64,000 nt of DNA from Octopus sinensis (taxonomy: Eukaryota): contig NC_043019.1 of assembly GCF_006345805.1 (NCBI RefSeq), forward strand, positions 2,976,001-3,040,000, read 5' to 3'. A model generated the notes under the pieces. The model made no database searches. It had not been told where the DNA came from and saw only the letters and a program-made list of their open reading frames with translations. A program made the position numbers and the translations under genes. How positions within the stretch are numbered: the stretch's first letter is position 1; every line of letters starts with the position of its first letter. Positions 26,968 through 41,900 of the stretch are shown piece after piece.

Positions 26968-29900
26968 TATATATTGATGTATGTATATGTATATACTCAC
27001 ACTCACACACACAAATAGATAGATGAATGGTTTGGTAGATAGATCTATCTATCTATCTATCTATCTCTCTATATATATGTATACACACACACACAAAATG
27101 AGTGTAAGTATATTCCCAAAATACATTATTTTATGGAATAGAAACATTACCCTATACAAACATTGTAGTTGTATAAAATATTGGAGGCAATTTGAAGTAA
27201 GATGTTTTAACATTAACACAATAATGGAATATATATAATATTGTAACAAACAAGCAGCTTACCTGGTTCAGCTGGTGTTGTTGGAGGTTCTATGGGGAAA
27301 AGAAAATTCAGCACAAAATTTATAAGTATTTAGACATAATTACATAAGATAAAATTTGTTAAACTTTAGAATTAATAGTTAGATAATGTGAGATAATTAA
27401 AAACAAATTATAAATTATACATATGGATATATGTTAGCTTTTATTGATTACATTTTTGTTTTCAAAGAAGAAAATGACTCAGTCAGGTGAGATGATGACA
27501 GAACATATCAAAAATATGTTTCAGAAGAAATGCAGGATTAAGAAGACTGCTGATTTTGTTATGTATATTTGTCCTTAACATAAGATGGTGTGCACTTGAG
27601 TAAAAATATATGTAAAGAAACTCTTTCAAGAAATTGATCTTTAAGTGTTGTATTTCTCCTCTTAATTGTCTTTATAATTTACACACACATTTATCCATAA
27701 TGTTTTTGGTAATAAAACTTACCAGAACAGAATTTGGAAAACACCTCTTCTTTTATTTTAACAAGCTCATTGAAATCATCAACTCTAAAACTGTTTTCTG
27801 AAGCTGGTTTCGATGCTATATTTTGTAATTCTGTTTGTTCAGTTAAACGGATACCAATTGCATAAATATGAATTCCTGCTGAATGCGCGCGCAAAGCCTC
27901 TATTATAGTATATTTTGGTTCAATATTAGAAACCCCATCAGTAAGTACAAGGGCTATGTTAGGTGCATCTTCTCTATCTCCATTTTCAGGTGTGAACATT
28001 TTAGTTCTCATGATTCGCAGAGCTGCTGCAGTATTAGTGTCTCCATATCTATATTCAACATCATCTATAGCAGTAAAAAGTGCACTTTTGGTTGAATATT
28101 GCTTCAGGTGAAACTGAACATGCACATGAGTGCTATAAACTAGAATACCAACACGCACACCACCTGAATCAACATTTGCATCAGACAAAAAGTGTTTTGC
28201 AAACGTGAGCATTTTCTTAAAATCTTTTGCACTGACACTACTTGAAGAATCCAAGAGAAGAACAATATCAGCATGAGATGCTCTGCAGGCTGGTAGTTTA
28301 GGAAAAGAAAAAACGAGGTGTTAGTAAGTCGCATTGCGCACTTGATAATCATGCAAAACATCTAATATCTTTCTATGGTATTTTATATCCATGCATAGTA
28401 TTTCTAAATAATTTAATTTTCATATATTAGTAGTTTAATATCCATGTTTAACCAATAAATTCATTAAAATATAAATGTTTTCCAAACTAGAGAAGAAAGC
28501 TTTGGAAATAAGATATAGAAACCAAGATAAATATTGAAATTGTATTCTGAATATACTGAAAATGCTTGAATTATGGACAATGCCTACATATTTTACTTTC
28601 AAATTTTAGTCAATGAAATTCCTTGATTTTATCTTATTTTCTTACATTGCATCTTCTATGTTTTTCATTATATATTTGAAATGTCAGGGATCTATGTTTT
28701 TATATTTTTCTTCATTTATAATTACTTGAATTTCTTTAAACACTAATTTCCAATAAGAAAACAAGTTTAGCAATCCACAAATACTGAATCAGACAAATCA
28801 GTATAATTTGTACAGTATTATGGTTAAAATTAACTATCTCTGGTAGAATAAAAAGTAAAAATAGAAAATAGTTTTCAATGCAATTTGATAATTTATTATC
28901 ACTTACAGTGAATGTATAAACTGCAGTAAAAGCATAATATACTTAATGAATAGCACATAAAAAATGCTTAATGAATATCATATGAAATCCTTTATTAGAG
29001 TAGAGGGAATGACGTCTCTACTCTCTTATCTAATTATATTGCCCATGTGTGAACTCTTCAATCAGTTTTTCCTTTTTGATGTAGTATTTAGTTTCTGGTT
29101 ATAAGAGACGTTAACAATCTATTTCAAATTAATGGTTCAGTACAAATTTTAAAATAATGAACATGGTACCAAGGAAAGCATCTCTATACTAACTTTGACA
29201 AAGGGTTTGAAGAGCATAAATGATTAATTCATGAGTTCTATTGAAAATGGTGAAATAAAAATATCAAATTAGAGACATAGCTTTTGAAGTTTGTCAAGTA
29301 AGAGTTTAAATGTAATTTTAATAGGGCAAGCTAAAATATCATTATACACCAAAAATAAATTTGGTGACATCAAAGATTGTCATTTATAATTTGATCAACT
29401 GTATTGCTTATTTCTTTATTCTATGAAGTTGTGCACATCTATCTTTTATAGTCATTGGAATAAATACCTTATTGGAGGACATTTCAAATACTTTACACAG
29501 AACTGAGTCAGGTATATGTCTAATACTATATGAAAGAATTTATGCTTCAAAATTATTACTCTTGTGATTTCGATTAAAAGCTAGAGGTAAAAAGGAATGA
29601 AATCTATAAAACAATGAAGTAAACAATTTCAGTAATATCTAAAAAAGGATTAACGGAGAATATATTTTGAGTTGTATTTTCAATAATTAAATAATGTATA
29701 ATGTACATATTGTCTGTTTAAAATAGATTGGTTGTTAATAAACATGTAATATAAAATAATTCTCTAAAGTATGTTACTCAAATAACAAGTACTTACATAT
29801 AATGGAATTAAAAAAAGCTAAAGTATTTTCAAGTTCTAGTAAATCTTTAAAAAGCCTATGAAGTCACTAGTGGTTTAATTTTTGAATTAAAGACTTTCTT

Positions 29901-32900
29901 CTCTGGCCTTTTTCTTCATGCATAAAATAAATCTTGATAAACACCAAAGAAATTGATAGAAGATAACATTCACTGTGAATAAATTCAAATATATAGTTCT
30001 TGTTTTACACTATCCAGTTAATCAAAAATTATTTTTGAATGTTCTCAGAATACAGGGCCATGCCATATGATAAAAGGTTAAACAATATCATAAATTTTAC
30101 TTTATTTTTCATAACTAAAAAAAAATGCAGGTTTCACTTCAAGAAATACTTAGCGCTGCTGCATTGTTATTAAATAATGATTGAGGCAAAGTGAAAAGAT
30201 AGTTCTTGATTAGGATATTATCTGGTAGAAGGTTTTAATTACATCTTAAAATGAGTATTTATGTGGACAACTTACCAGTTGTTGGAACAGGAGTTGTTGG
30301 AGGTGTAGTTGGAATTTCTGTAACCAAGATTACCATTTTACCAATCAGTTGATCACACATTGATGCATTTAATTACTTATTATACAAGGATATATTAGAA
30401 TTAAGAAAAGTTTCTTTGTTAAACTAAAGCTGATGAAATCAGGCCAGTTTTAAAATTTACATTTGATTTGAAATGTATGTGATAGCATTACCTTTGACAA
30501 ATATTTTCTAATCTGTTACAACTTAAGTTATATTATCATTCATTAAAACACTATTTTCAATATTACATTTGTAAGATGTTGAAATATATTCCCAGAAAAT
30601 TCTATTTTCATAAATCTATATGCATATTTTAGACTAATCATATTTTACACTTTACAATAAAACTAGGCAATTAAGAGAAATTAATTTTTTAATATTTTTG
30701 AGTAAGATATTTTTTAATACTTTGTATTGTTTGTTATTCAAATTAAATGGAGAATTATTTGTACATTTTAATATGCTATATTAGTCTGCAACTGAGAAGA
30801 TTTTTTGTAATACAGTGTAAAAGGAAAGCAAAATCATTGAATATAATAAACTAAATCTACTTCAAATACACTCATATAACAAAAGTAAATAATTCATGAT
30901 ATACATGATTTACTCAGGTTGGGTTTTCATTACAGGTTGAAACGATGTCACTCTCCTTATTCTACTATTGCCCACATGACCTCACAATTTTTTCTCCATA
31001 TATTTTATATTTTTCATTATATAGCAGCTCAATGCTTTTTAACTGTTGACTAGTTCAGTCAAAAACATAACCACAAATAACTGGAAGATGTCTAATCTCA
31101 TGATGAAATATTTTCTGTTTCTCATCCTTCTCTTGAGATCAGGAAGATGGAATTGATTAGTATATTAGAAGAACCATATCTCAAACATTCTTTTATAATT
31201 CTGTGGTCTAAAAACATTTCTACTATATACACAATTAGCAAAAGTAAAGCAAATATATACTAATACATATTATTATACTAAAACTGCTATTAGTACATTT
31301 AATTTCACTACAATAATACTATACAGTAAATTGGTGAATATGGTGCATTTCAAAATAATAAAGCTGTGCTGGATTGGTGCTTTACAATTTACATTATTAC
31401 TGTCAGACATATAATTCATACTGCTAACACTGGCAGAAATTACAGAAAGGCTTTATAAATGTAGGACTTAGAATTAAATGTTGTCATCAATAAATTTCGA
31501 AAATAAACAGATTTAACATGAAATCATAACAAGCATATATTGAAGTTATAGACTAATATTACAGTTCTTTGGTAACTAACAAATTGTTTATTGATGCTGT
31601 TTAGTTGTAGTTCAACCCTGATCAAATAGACCTATCCAACCATAACTATTTCATTTTTATAGGGAATTATCTGTGTGAGTTTCTTTTCTTTAAGAAGATA
31701 GAATGTAATTTGTGGGAGATTTGGCTGCTAGTCCACAATAAGATGTTGTAATAAGTGACAGACATTAACATTTTTAATGGATTTTGTACAAGATGTGAAA
31801 AAAATTGAATACTTTCAGATAAATGCTACTTTTGTTTAAAACAAATGATTTTTTTTCATCATATAAAACAGAATATATGAAGTGCAACACTGTAAGGCCG
31901 TGAATTGTGGGTGGTAATAATTCAACAGGTTAAGATTAAGCTGTTGGATTTGCAACAGGAATCTATGAGAAAAGCTCAATAAAGGAAATTTGGGCTTCAA
32001 ACATTATGGAACTGATACAGCAATATGTGATGCACATTAATGAAATTTACACAACAAAAAAGTGCATAAACTGCTAGGGGGAAGATAATTGTAGTAGAGA
32101 CAGAGCAATGGAAAATTTCATATGTAGTAATTAAGTAAAATCACTGAATTATGTAGATGAGATGATGAAAGATTAATAGTGATACTGCTTGAGGTGACAC
32201 TGTATTTTTTGAAATTCATACAAAAGTAACTTTATGTTACAATAATATTGATAATTTTGGTGGTAATGTTGAATATAACCAATATTGAATAGCTATATTA
32301 CAGCAATATAATCATAACAGTAGTATAAGGGATTATGAAACATTTAATATTGGCAAATGTAATGGTGATTGTGAGTATTAAGTAAATAATATTGTAATAG
32401 CAAGCCTCATTATAACAATATTATAGCTTTATATTTACAATACTAATGAGAATTGAAAGAATTGATGAGTTTATTATCATACAGTTCTATATCCGTCAAA
32501 TGTAAATAATGTAGTTTATTATCATATTTTAAAGAGCAATGAGGAAAACATTTGGCTTTTAAACATAAATAAAAATGATATAGTAGTTTAGTTGTTATTC
32601 TCTAAATAAATTTCTAACTAACGTGCTCTACTAAAAGCTTATATACTAAATAAGAAGCAAGCCAAATAGCAAAGACAAAAATATTTCTTCTTACCTGGAT
32701 ATATCTGTTCAAACAGGTCATTTTTAAGAAAATCTAATTCATTAAAATCTTGTAAAATGAAAGTATTTTCCTGAGAGGGTTTTGATGAAAGTCCTTCAAG
32801 TTCTTTTGTGTCATATAAGCCAATACCAATAGCATAAACATGGATGTTAGCATCATGGGCCAATTTTGCCTGGGGAATTGTCTGATAGTGTTCAATATTA

Positions 32901-35523
32901 GAAACACCATCTGTGATGAGGAATGCAATGTTTCGAGCTTCGGGTCTGTCTCCATTCTCAGGTGTAAACATTCTTGTTCGCATTGTACGAAATGCATGAG
33001 CTATATTTGTGCTGCCATAACGGTAAGGAATATTATCAATTGCATTGAATATATCTTCTTTTGTAGTATAAGCATTGAGGTTGAATTGAATAAAAACATT
33101 CGTGCTGTATGTTGCTATTCCAACATGGACAACGTCGTTTTCAATGTCAGCATCAGCCAAAAAATGCTTGATAAAATCGAGAACTTTCTTGAAGTTTTGT
33201 CTACTCACACTTGTAGATGAATCCACCATGAAAACTATGTCAGAAGGAACTGCTATATATTCAGCTGTTAAAAAGTACAAAGTTACAAGAATATTGTCAA
33301 TATGATATGTGGAATTCAGTGAATATAGAGAGCTATTTAAAAAAAGATTAAATATCATAAATCAATTGATTACTGTATTGAAAATGAATTTCACAACATA
33401 GAATTATATTATTTTTATTAATTTAGAGTGTACGTAGATATACTGTATATCTTCTGGAGCGAAAGCTATGCTAAAATTTATGAGAAAAGGCCTAGTCTTA
33501 ATATTTTTCTGTTTCTTATATGAGTATTGTTTCATTTGAAATTGAAATTGTTAAGTCCAAAGAGCTTCAATGAACTGCTGGTTATGGAAGTCATTAGTGA
33601 AACATCAATAAACTGATGAGTTATATGAAAATATATGCTAAGAATAATTCAGAACCAAGTAAGAATCATGGTTAACAATGAGAAGTAATTCAAAGTTATC
33701 AGCGAAAATAGAAATAAATCAGAGTAAAAGTTGAAGTGTTAGTGAGAAAATTACTCACCAGTTGTTGTAGGTATTGTTGTGGGAACTGTGAAAAAAGTGT
33801 ATTGTGTGAATATTTAACCTGAGACTTATGCAGTATATATATGTTAGCAACACTTTGAAATTGATTAATTATAATAAAAATGCATTTCTTAAATTTCATG
33901 TTAAATATTCTGGTATTTACATACAAATTAAACTAAAAGAGAAAATGTGTATCATTTCAATTGTTTTGTGATTTGATATTAATGATTGAACAACATGAAA
34001 ATGTAGAGTAGGTTTTACTTAATAAACTGAATTTAGTTTAAAATATTCAGTTACTTTATGTTTGCTTCACTGGTGTATAAGTTCAGAATTGCAATTATAA
34101 AGAAATATTTATTGTGTGTGTGTGTGTATATATATATATATAGATATGTATGTATGTATATAGACACATACATACATGTATACATATAGACACATACATA
34201 CATGTATACACACACAAATATACATATCCACCACATATATATATACATACATACATCTAACACACACATACATGTGTGTATCTCTCTCTCTCTCTCTCTC
34301 TGTATGTGTGCATGTATGTAATATATATATATCTATATATTTATATATCATACGTACACACATAGAACATGTCCAATTGGCCTTTGCATAAGATTAGGAC
34401 ACCTCCAACAACTTCCACTCACATCTATAGTAGAAGAATTCTAAGTTGTGAGATGTAGATTGGTACAGGGACTCATGTCAGACGTGTGCATCACTACAGA
34501 ATCAGGATGCAAGTGGGCAGAGGACATGTTAGTTGCACAAGCTAATTACATGGTGAAGATTGTCATGACCCTTACAAACACATGCCACCAAGGAGAGGAT
34601 AATGATCAAAAGCCGTATAACTAGTACCCTGGGGAGCTTGAGCCAAATGGGACCTCTGAACAGGAACAGCATGTGAATAAACCAACAGAAACTGAAATTT
34701 TTTTTTATATCTCTTCCTGTATAGTACATATAGGTCAGCTGTGTAGGAGAGAGGGACACTTCTATGCACATATTCTCAGGGTGTAAAACAACTTATCCAA
34801 GGGAGACAAATATAGCACTATGACAAATTGCTTATGACACTCACGCTATGAAAGAGAAAGAGACACAAGAAACGACAACCATGGAGGAAATAAACATCAT
34901 CAGTCAATTTCGTGTGGGAAGGAGGAAAACTTGTCCATAGCAAGAAGAAACAGCAGTTTACTATATATAACCCAATCATGGGATATTTAGGTGAACAGTT
35001 ATCTCACATCATGTAGACAACCCCAAGCCATTTGTAGTTTTGTTGCTCTAAAGAAGCAATGTAGACAATTCTGATCAAACTTACAGTTCCAAGTAAACAA
35101 TGGTGTTATCATGCCTTTGAATAGAAGAGTACCACATACTAGAGTCTTATGCAAGATTGGTGGGAGGAAGGGTGGCAGGTATGCTATTCCAAGTCAAGAC
35201 TGGATGTACAGGACTCTTTATCCAGTTATTATAGAAAAATGCTTGCAATCAGTGGAATAAGGAGAAGAGAACGTAAAGTAGTTACTTGCAGGGGGTGAGT
35301 GGCAGCAGAAAAATTACTACGTTGGTTATAGAACAACAAAGATAAGATAAAATGGAAGCCAGGAGAAGAGAATGTGTAGTGATTTGGCCACAACTGCTGA
35401 CATGCCACTGAGAGGTTCTTACAATTCAGGGTTTAAACACCCTGTGATCATTGTATGTTTTACACACACACACAATAAATAAATAGATATATAATAGGTA
35501 AGATACATATAATGTTATATAGA

Positions 35524-35562
<39 letters not shown>

Positions 35563-35889
35563 GCAAAATTTAGATTCAAATGAATATGGTACTTAAATTA
35601 GATGCACCAGAATTTTGTATGGTGTAATCCATATAAATCCATGGGGTGATTATAATCAAAAAAGCAACAAGAAAATCTTCAGTAATTTGGTACGATCGTT
35701 TCACACTACATCATTTTATTAAACATTTTAAGTATTACAACAGTTTTAAAATGTTGAGCAATCATCATCCATTTATAGAGGTTTTCCATCAATACATATA
35801 CTTATTTTCCTGTTAAAATGTTTAATAAAATGATGTAGCGTGAAACAATCGTACCAAATTACCAAAGATATTCTTGTTGCTTATTTTGA

Positions 35890-35924
<35 letters not shown>

Positions 35925-38900
35925 AAAGAATTTTTTGCATAATGAGATAAAAAACCAAGGCTGTGTAGATAGAATATTTATAGATAAAAGGTTTACAGCT
36001 GTTTCCAGGATATTTATTAATTATATACCTTCATCGGAGACGGTGCGAGAGAATGGTTAAGTAATAGTTAATTTAGATGGGATACAAAATAGAGAGTGAG
36101 GTGGAGGAAAGAAAATAGCTGTGAGATATGTAGGGATATTGAATTTGTAGATCCATTTTTTAGACAGAATAGTATATATGTAAGATTCCAATACCTTATG
36201 AGTAAAATCTAACAGTATTTAAAATTTTAAATATAAATTTACTAAACATATTCTCAAATAAACTCCATTATGTACTATTTACACAAAAATTTTTCAGAAA
36301 AATATCCTCATCTCTCATCATGCTGACACTAAATAATATTAAATTCTACTATAATCATTATTTTTTTATATTTGTACTAATGTGTACATAAAATAATCTA
36401 AAATAACTTAATAAAAAGTTATGCATTTTTTCAGAGGAAAATAAACTTTTGTAAATTTATGTATTAACATCATTTTTTTTCCATTCATGAATTCAAAAAA
36501 TATAGAAGAACCATAAATAATATATCATATAAGTAACATTTATCAAAGATATTACTTCAAAAAATCATTATTCACCAGTTATAAGCTAATAGCAAATCTG
36601 TTTATATAAGTATGGAAAACTTTACGATACATTTATTCAATTTGAACCAAATCATATATTATTTTTTTAAAAACATATTTAAAGTGTAAGTTAAATGCAT
36701 TTAAGATAATATTAAAATTATGTAATATATAATATTATACTTTATTAGTATGTATGTATGTGAAGGTATAATGCAAAACAGATAAATGTATGGTGTGACG
36801 CACTTACCAGTTGTTGTGGGAATTGTGGTGGCAACTGAAATGGACGAATCCAATAAGAAAGGCACTTTTAAATTTATATATGTATGTGTTATAATTATTT
36901 TACATTTGGGGATGCGATGCATGTGGCAATTGACTAAACTAAACCAACTAGAAATATAATGGTAGTTAATAGTGTTTATTTTATACTCAAGCTAGCATAT
37001 GCTTAAATGTTTCTTCTTTTTCTGTGTCTCGCATGCATATATAAACATATTTATATGAATTAAGTAAATTTATTGAGTAAACTGCTCACTATATTTTACA
37101 ATTTTCTATATTTCTGAATTCATAGAATGTGATATTACAAGAATATTGTTGCTCTAACTGTCACTTTAAACAACATTAATCAGTGTTTCAGTTACTTTAG
37201 ATATTGTGTTGAGACCACTAGTTAAATCCTCCTTGTTATTCTTACTGAGAAACTTTGATTTTTCCTGACATGCAACTAATGAAAAAAATTAAACAAAATG
37301 TCATTCTAATTGACCCACACCTTATAATCCCTTCTTCCATCAAAGATCCCAACAAATCCTCACACACTATAGATCTCTTCAGTCTATTTCTCAAATATAC
37401 TAAAGCATCTTTATTTCTTCAACTTTACAAGATGACTAAATCTATATCACATTCTATATCACACACATCACATTCAAAGATACTAATTTTTATAAAATCA
37501 TGCCTGTATTACTGCTTCTTTCAGTCTGACATAATATTGGTTATTAACAATTCATGTTTGGTAGCCAACTACTTTGTCATTAAGAATTTCCATTGTATTG
37601 ACCAACTTACATATATTATTTAGTAAATCAGCTTGCAAAATCTCTCATTCTCAAACAAAGACATTTTAATCCCTCATTGTTTAGACCGGTGAAGGAACAT
37701 TCATATTAAGACTGCAGAAATTCACTTTCAATTCTGAGCAAACTTTCTTTGGTATAACATGTTGTTTAACATGATATATCACTTTGATATTTTAGCAGAA
37801 AAAGAATGCTACCTTTCTAAACATTACTTTCTTCTTACTAAGCATAAATTTGACTTTGATGCTATTATTATGAAGTGCTCTTTCTACATCTCTTCAGATA
37901 CACAACTATAACAAATTGTGCTCATACAAACTTTGTAGTTACACTCAACTCCATTTAAACTTACTCTTCTCTCTTGACATCACATCTCTATTCTCTCTAC
38001 CCCCAGTACTAAAAGTTACATGATGTCCATCATACAGACGACAGTATCTATTCTAAACCCACTGCTTTCAAAGTTATTTTGACAATGACCTCACTTCTAA
38101 TATGTCAGTTTCAGTATTAACTGCATCACTATTGCATTTATTTGTCCCTTATGAATTATGTATGTTGTGTTGCCCTTGTTTCTGAAATTAGACAATAATC
38201 AAAAAGCTATTTGTTATATGTTGAGACTCAACCAGACTATAAACAGAAATTTGGATAGTGTTACAACCCAATAAGTGTTTCAACCCACTAACTCCTAAGG
38301 AGAGCTTCAGATAAAAATCGCAATATCATTCTAAAGCAAACTGAAAGTATTTCAATATGTAAAATATATTTGGATATTTCATATACAGTATTTTTCAATA
38401 TTTAAAATATATTTATTAGATTTGAATATTTTTCGATATTTAAAATATATTTATTAGATTTGAATATTTAAAATATAGTATATAATTTTTAGACTATGGA
38501 ATATTTCAGTATTTTAGCAATGATTGTAAAATACCTTTTTCATAACTTTTAATAAAAGGCAGGAAATAAAGAGCAAGGAAACTTACCAGTTGTTGTAGGT
38601 GTTGTAGTTGGTACTGTAAAGAAAATGATAAGAAAAAATTAGTTTCAGAAGTTATGATTGCCAATAATTGCTTCAGTAATTATTTAACAGTGAAAAAAGG
38701 CGAAATTAATCATAATTTGAATGGAAACATTATTATTAACATTATTACAAAATGTCTCTTTGGAATTGCTTATGCAACTTTCTTGATAATGTAATCTGTT
38801 AATTTCCTATCAAGCTGTCTTTTAGATGTCTAACTTCACCATGAGGTGAGGCTATAAGTTTTTTTTTAATCTGTATGTATGGGGAAGCATTATAAATGAC

Positions 38901-41900
38901 AGGTGCTAAGTGAGACAAACGTTTACTGAGAGTTTATGAAGTTTCAATCAATAAACTCATGGAGGGTGTCAGTAATACCTACCTAGCAAATTAATGATGT
39001 GGTATTTGTACTAGGAGAACTGAAATCATTGTCTTACATAATTTTGTACAAAATTAGTTCTATTTGTATAGTAGTCAAATTCACAGTAATATTTTGCGAT
39101 ATATAATTATTAACTTTGATTAACTAAATGATTAATATTAGTGCAGTATATTAAACAGAAAGTAATTACAGGGGATATAATATATGTTTTATAATGACTT
39201 TCTAAAAGTGTGCTAAAACATGACTGCTGTGGTGCAAATTGTAAAGTGAGGTTGAAACTAGACAAAACTTACCAGTAGGCTCGGTTGGAGGTTCAGTTGT
39301 AGCTTTCGCAAAATAAAAGTATAATTTCCATTATGAAGTGATGAAAACTTTTGCAATTGTTATGATTTATACAAATTAATTAAGAAATCCACTAAATGTA
39401 CTGTTATTTTCTATTTGCTATATATTGAGATTCTACATTCACTGACATTCGATCAGACCATAAATGGAAATTTATGATTGAATGAATACATTCTTACACT
39501 AAAGTATAAAAAGTCATGAACAAACATTTCACAATTAAGTTTATGATAAACTTTATAAGCACAAAATATAACAAGTTTATTGCTGTAACAGTAATTCTAA
39601 AGTAGAAACTCTTTGCATACATAACTACTTTTTGCAGTCAAATTACATTAATTTTAAAATCCAATAAAAGTAATTTAATGAAAATTTGCATAAACAGATT
39701 AAATTCATTACTGAATATGAATTGCCATTTTAAACAAAATTGAAATGTGCAAATATAAGAGAGAATTTTTGTGTCATATAATAAATATCTGTTTTAACTT
39801 TTACTATTGTGTTTTTTTTTTTGGGTTTTTTTTTGGTCTGAAAGAAGTGGTTGAACCCATGACCATTAGAGGACATCCGAGACCAATGAAATCAGCATAA
39901 ATAATGTTTCTCTCAAACAGCTACATGGAGAACAATGAGCATGTTTTGGGAAGTTAGGATTAAGAGAAGTGGTCATTGTGAGCCTGAGACAATGGCAGAT
40001 CTAGGTTTAAAAAATAAATATTGGTGATCTTTAAAGAGAGATTCAAGATATTGGAAAAGGTAGCTGTTAATGACTGACTCTCTCACTTTTTAGATGAATA
40101 ATATGTTGGTAGAAGAGTTGCCTAGATGGGAAGAAGACACACATAGTGCATGTTTACAAATAACTGGATGGATCTCTGGAATGACAGTAATAATGAAGAA
40201 CTTGATGAGAATAGATGCTAGTTCTACAGTACATTCTTTGAGGGTAATGGAAGGACATTAGCAAAAGTCAATGATCATGTTAATTTGATATGACCAAAGC
40301 TGTTTTTATATTTTAAGTGTATGTGCACTTGCTAATGAGATTGGTGGAGTGGAGAGGAAATATATTGGATGAAATTTATCTTGGATGAAATTTACCTTGG
40401 ATGAAATAGTATGCGCAGTGTGGGCTGGGGTGGATCAATAAATGAAGAGGATTTCTGTGGGGGTATATTGGAAACTGTCATGGTTAAGAAGTGAAGAGAA
40501 GAAGAACTCCATAAAAATTTGTAGAGATAAATCTGGCAGGAGACCAAAATGATTTGCAGTGCTGCAAGAAGTGGAAGCGTTTCCAGGTTCTCTGATGTAT
40601 GGAGGTACCCATCATGTTTCAGATGTAGATGTATCAAAGGGTAAAAGCTATCCAGTTTGTAAGTGTGAGACATAATTAAGATTTCGATCACCTGCTTAAC
40701 TGTCTCTGATGGATGAGGAATAAAGCACATGCGCTAGGGTCTGGACATCAAGACCAGCATTGCTTAGTATGTGGATGTTTGCTAAACTACTGACAGTTTA
40801 GAAGGAGGTTAGGTTTAAATGAGAAAAACAAATCTTGTACTTTGAGTATCTACATCAATCAGGGAAGATAGGGGATGAAGCTAATTGTTAAACAGAGTTA
40901 AAGATTACAAAAGATTTGATTTGCTGCAAAGGTAACATTTGTATGAAATGAATGTGAGAGCCACGGTGAGTTGTGAGGAATGAAGTCGATGACTTCAGAG
41001 AAAGATGAAGTGAAATACATGTTGTCAAAAACAAAAGAGATATGGTCAGAGTTGTTGGAGCTTAGAAGAGCAGAGGCATTGCAAAAGGAAGATTTAGAGG
41101 CAAAGTAACTAAAAGTTTTTGAGAGCAGTGTGGGGGAGAGAATGAAATCAATATCTACACAGATACTAAGGAATGTCGAATTTATAGGAGGTGTGTAGAT
41201 GTGCATGCATGTATGTGAAGGAAATAGATTAACAGAGTGAAAGAGAAAGAATAAAAAAAGATCCATGAACTAGGAAATTAGTAACAGTTTAGTAATATTT
41301 CAGTGATACTTCAGCAATACTCCAGGAATAGTTCTATAGTACTCCTGTTCTACATTAACACTTGAATAAAAAAAAACCCAAAAAACTCAATAACACTGTA
41401 GTGCACTCCAGTAATAATTCAGTACTCTAATAGCAGCACAGTTGAACTCTTGTAAAGTCTAATAATAGTTAAAAAAATAAATATTTATGTTTGTAAGCCA
41501 TGTCCCATATAAATCTTTGATCAATGATGGGTGTTCTGGTGGAAAGACTAAACCAACTCATGATTAATATTAATGGACACGAGTTAAAATATAGAAACAA
41601 TTATTCAAGAGACTGTGTTTCAGTAACAATTTTAGTTTGTGTTACTGTTAGTAAAATAAAACAGTTTCTTTTCGTTATGTATAATATCTAAAACTTGATC
41701 ATGATAAATTGACTGATCAATCTATGCTTGTGTGCATTGTTGAGAAGGGGCATTCAGGTTGTTGTAACTGGTTTCTTTCAAAGATTATCTGCATAAAATT
41801 TTTTGAATTCAAGAGGCCAGTAAGGAAAAATATGCCTTTTATTGTCTTTTTTCTCATATTTAAAAACTCTGCCTAAAACTTATTATCATGACTTTAATTG

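Noticed and set aside
33612-33640. CTGATGA-gttatat-GAAA hammerhead-like core
   Set aside because: No valid stem III/NUH triplet or stem I; expected by chance.
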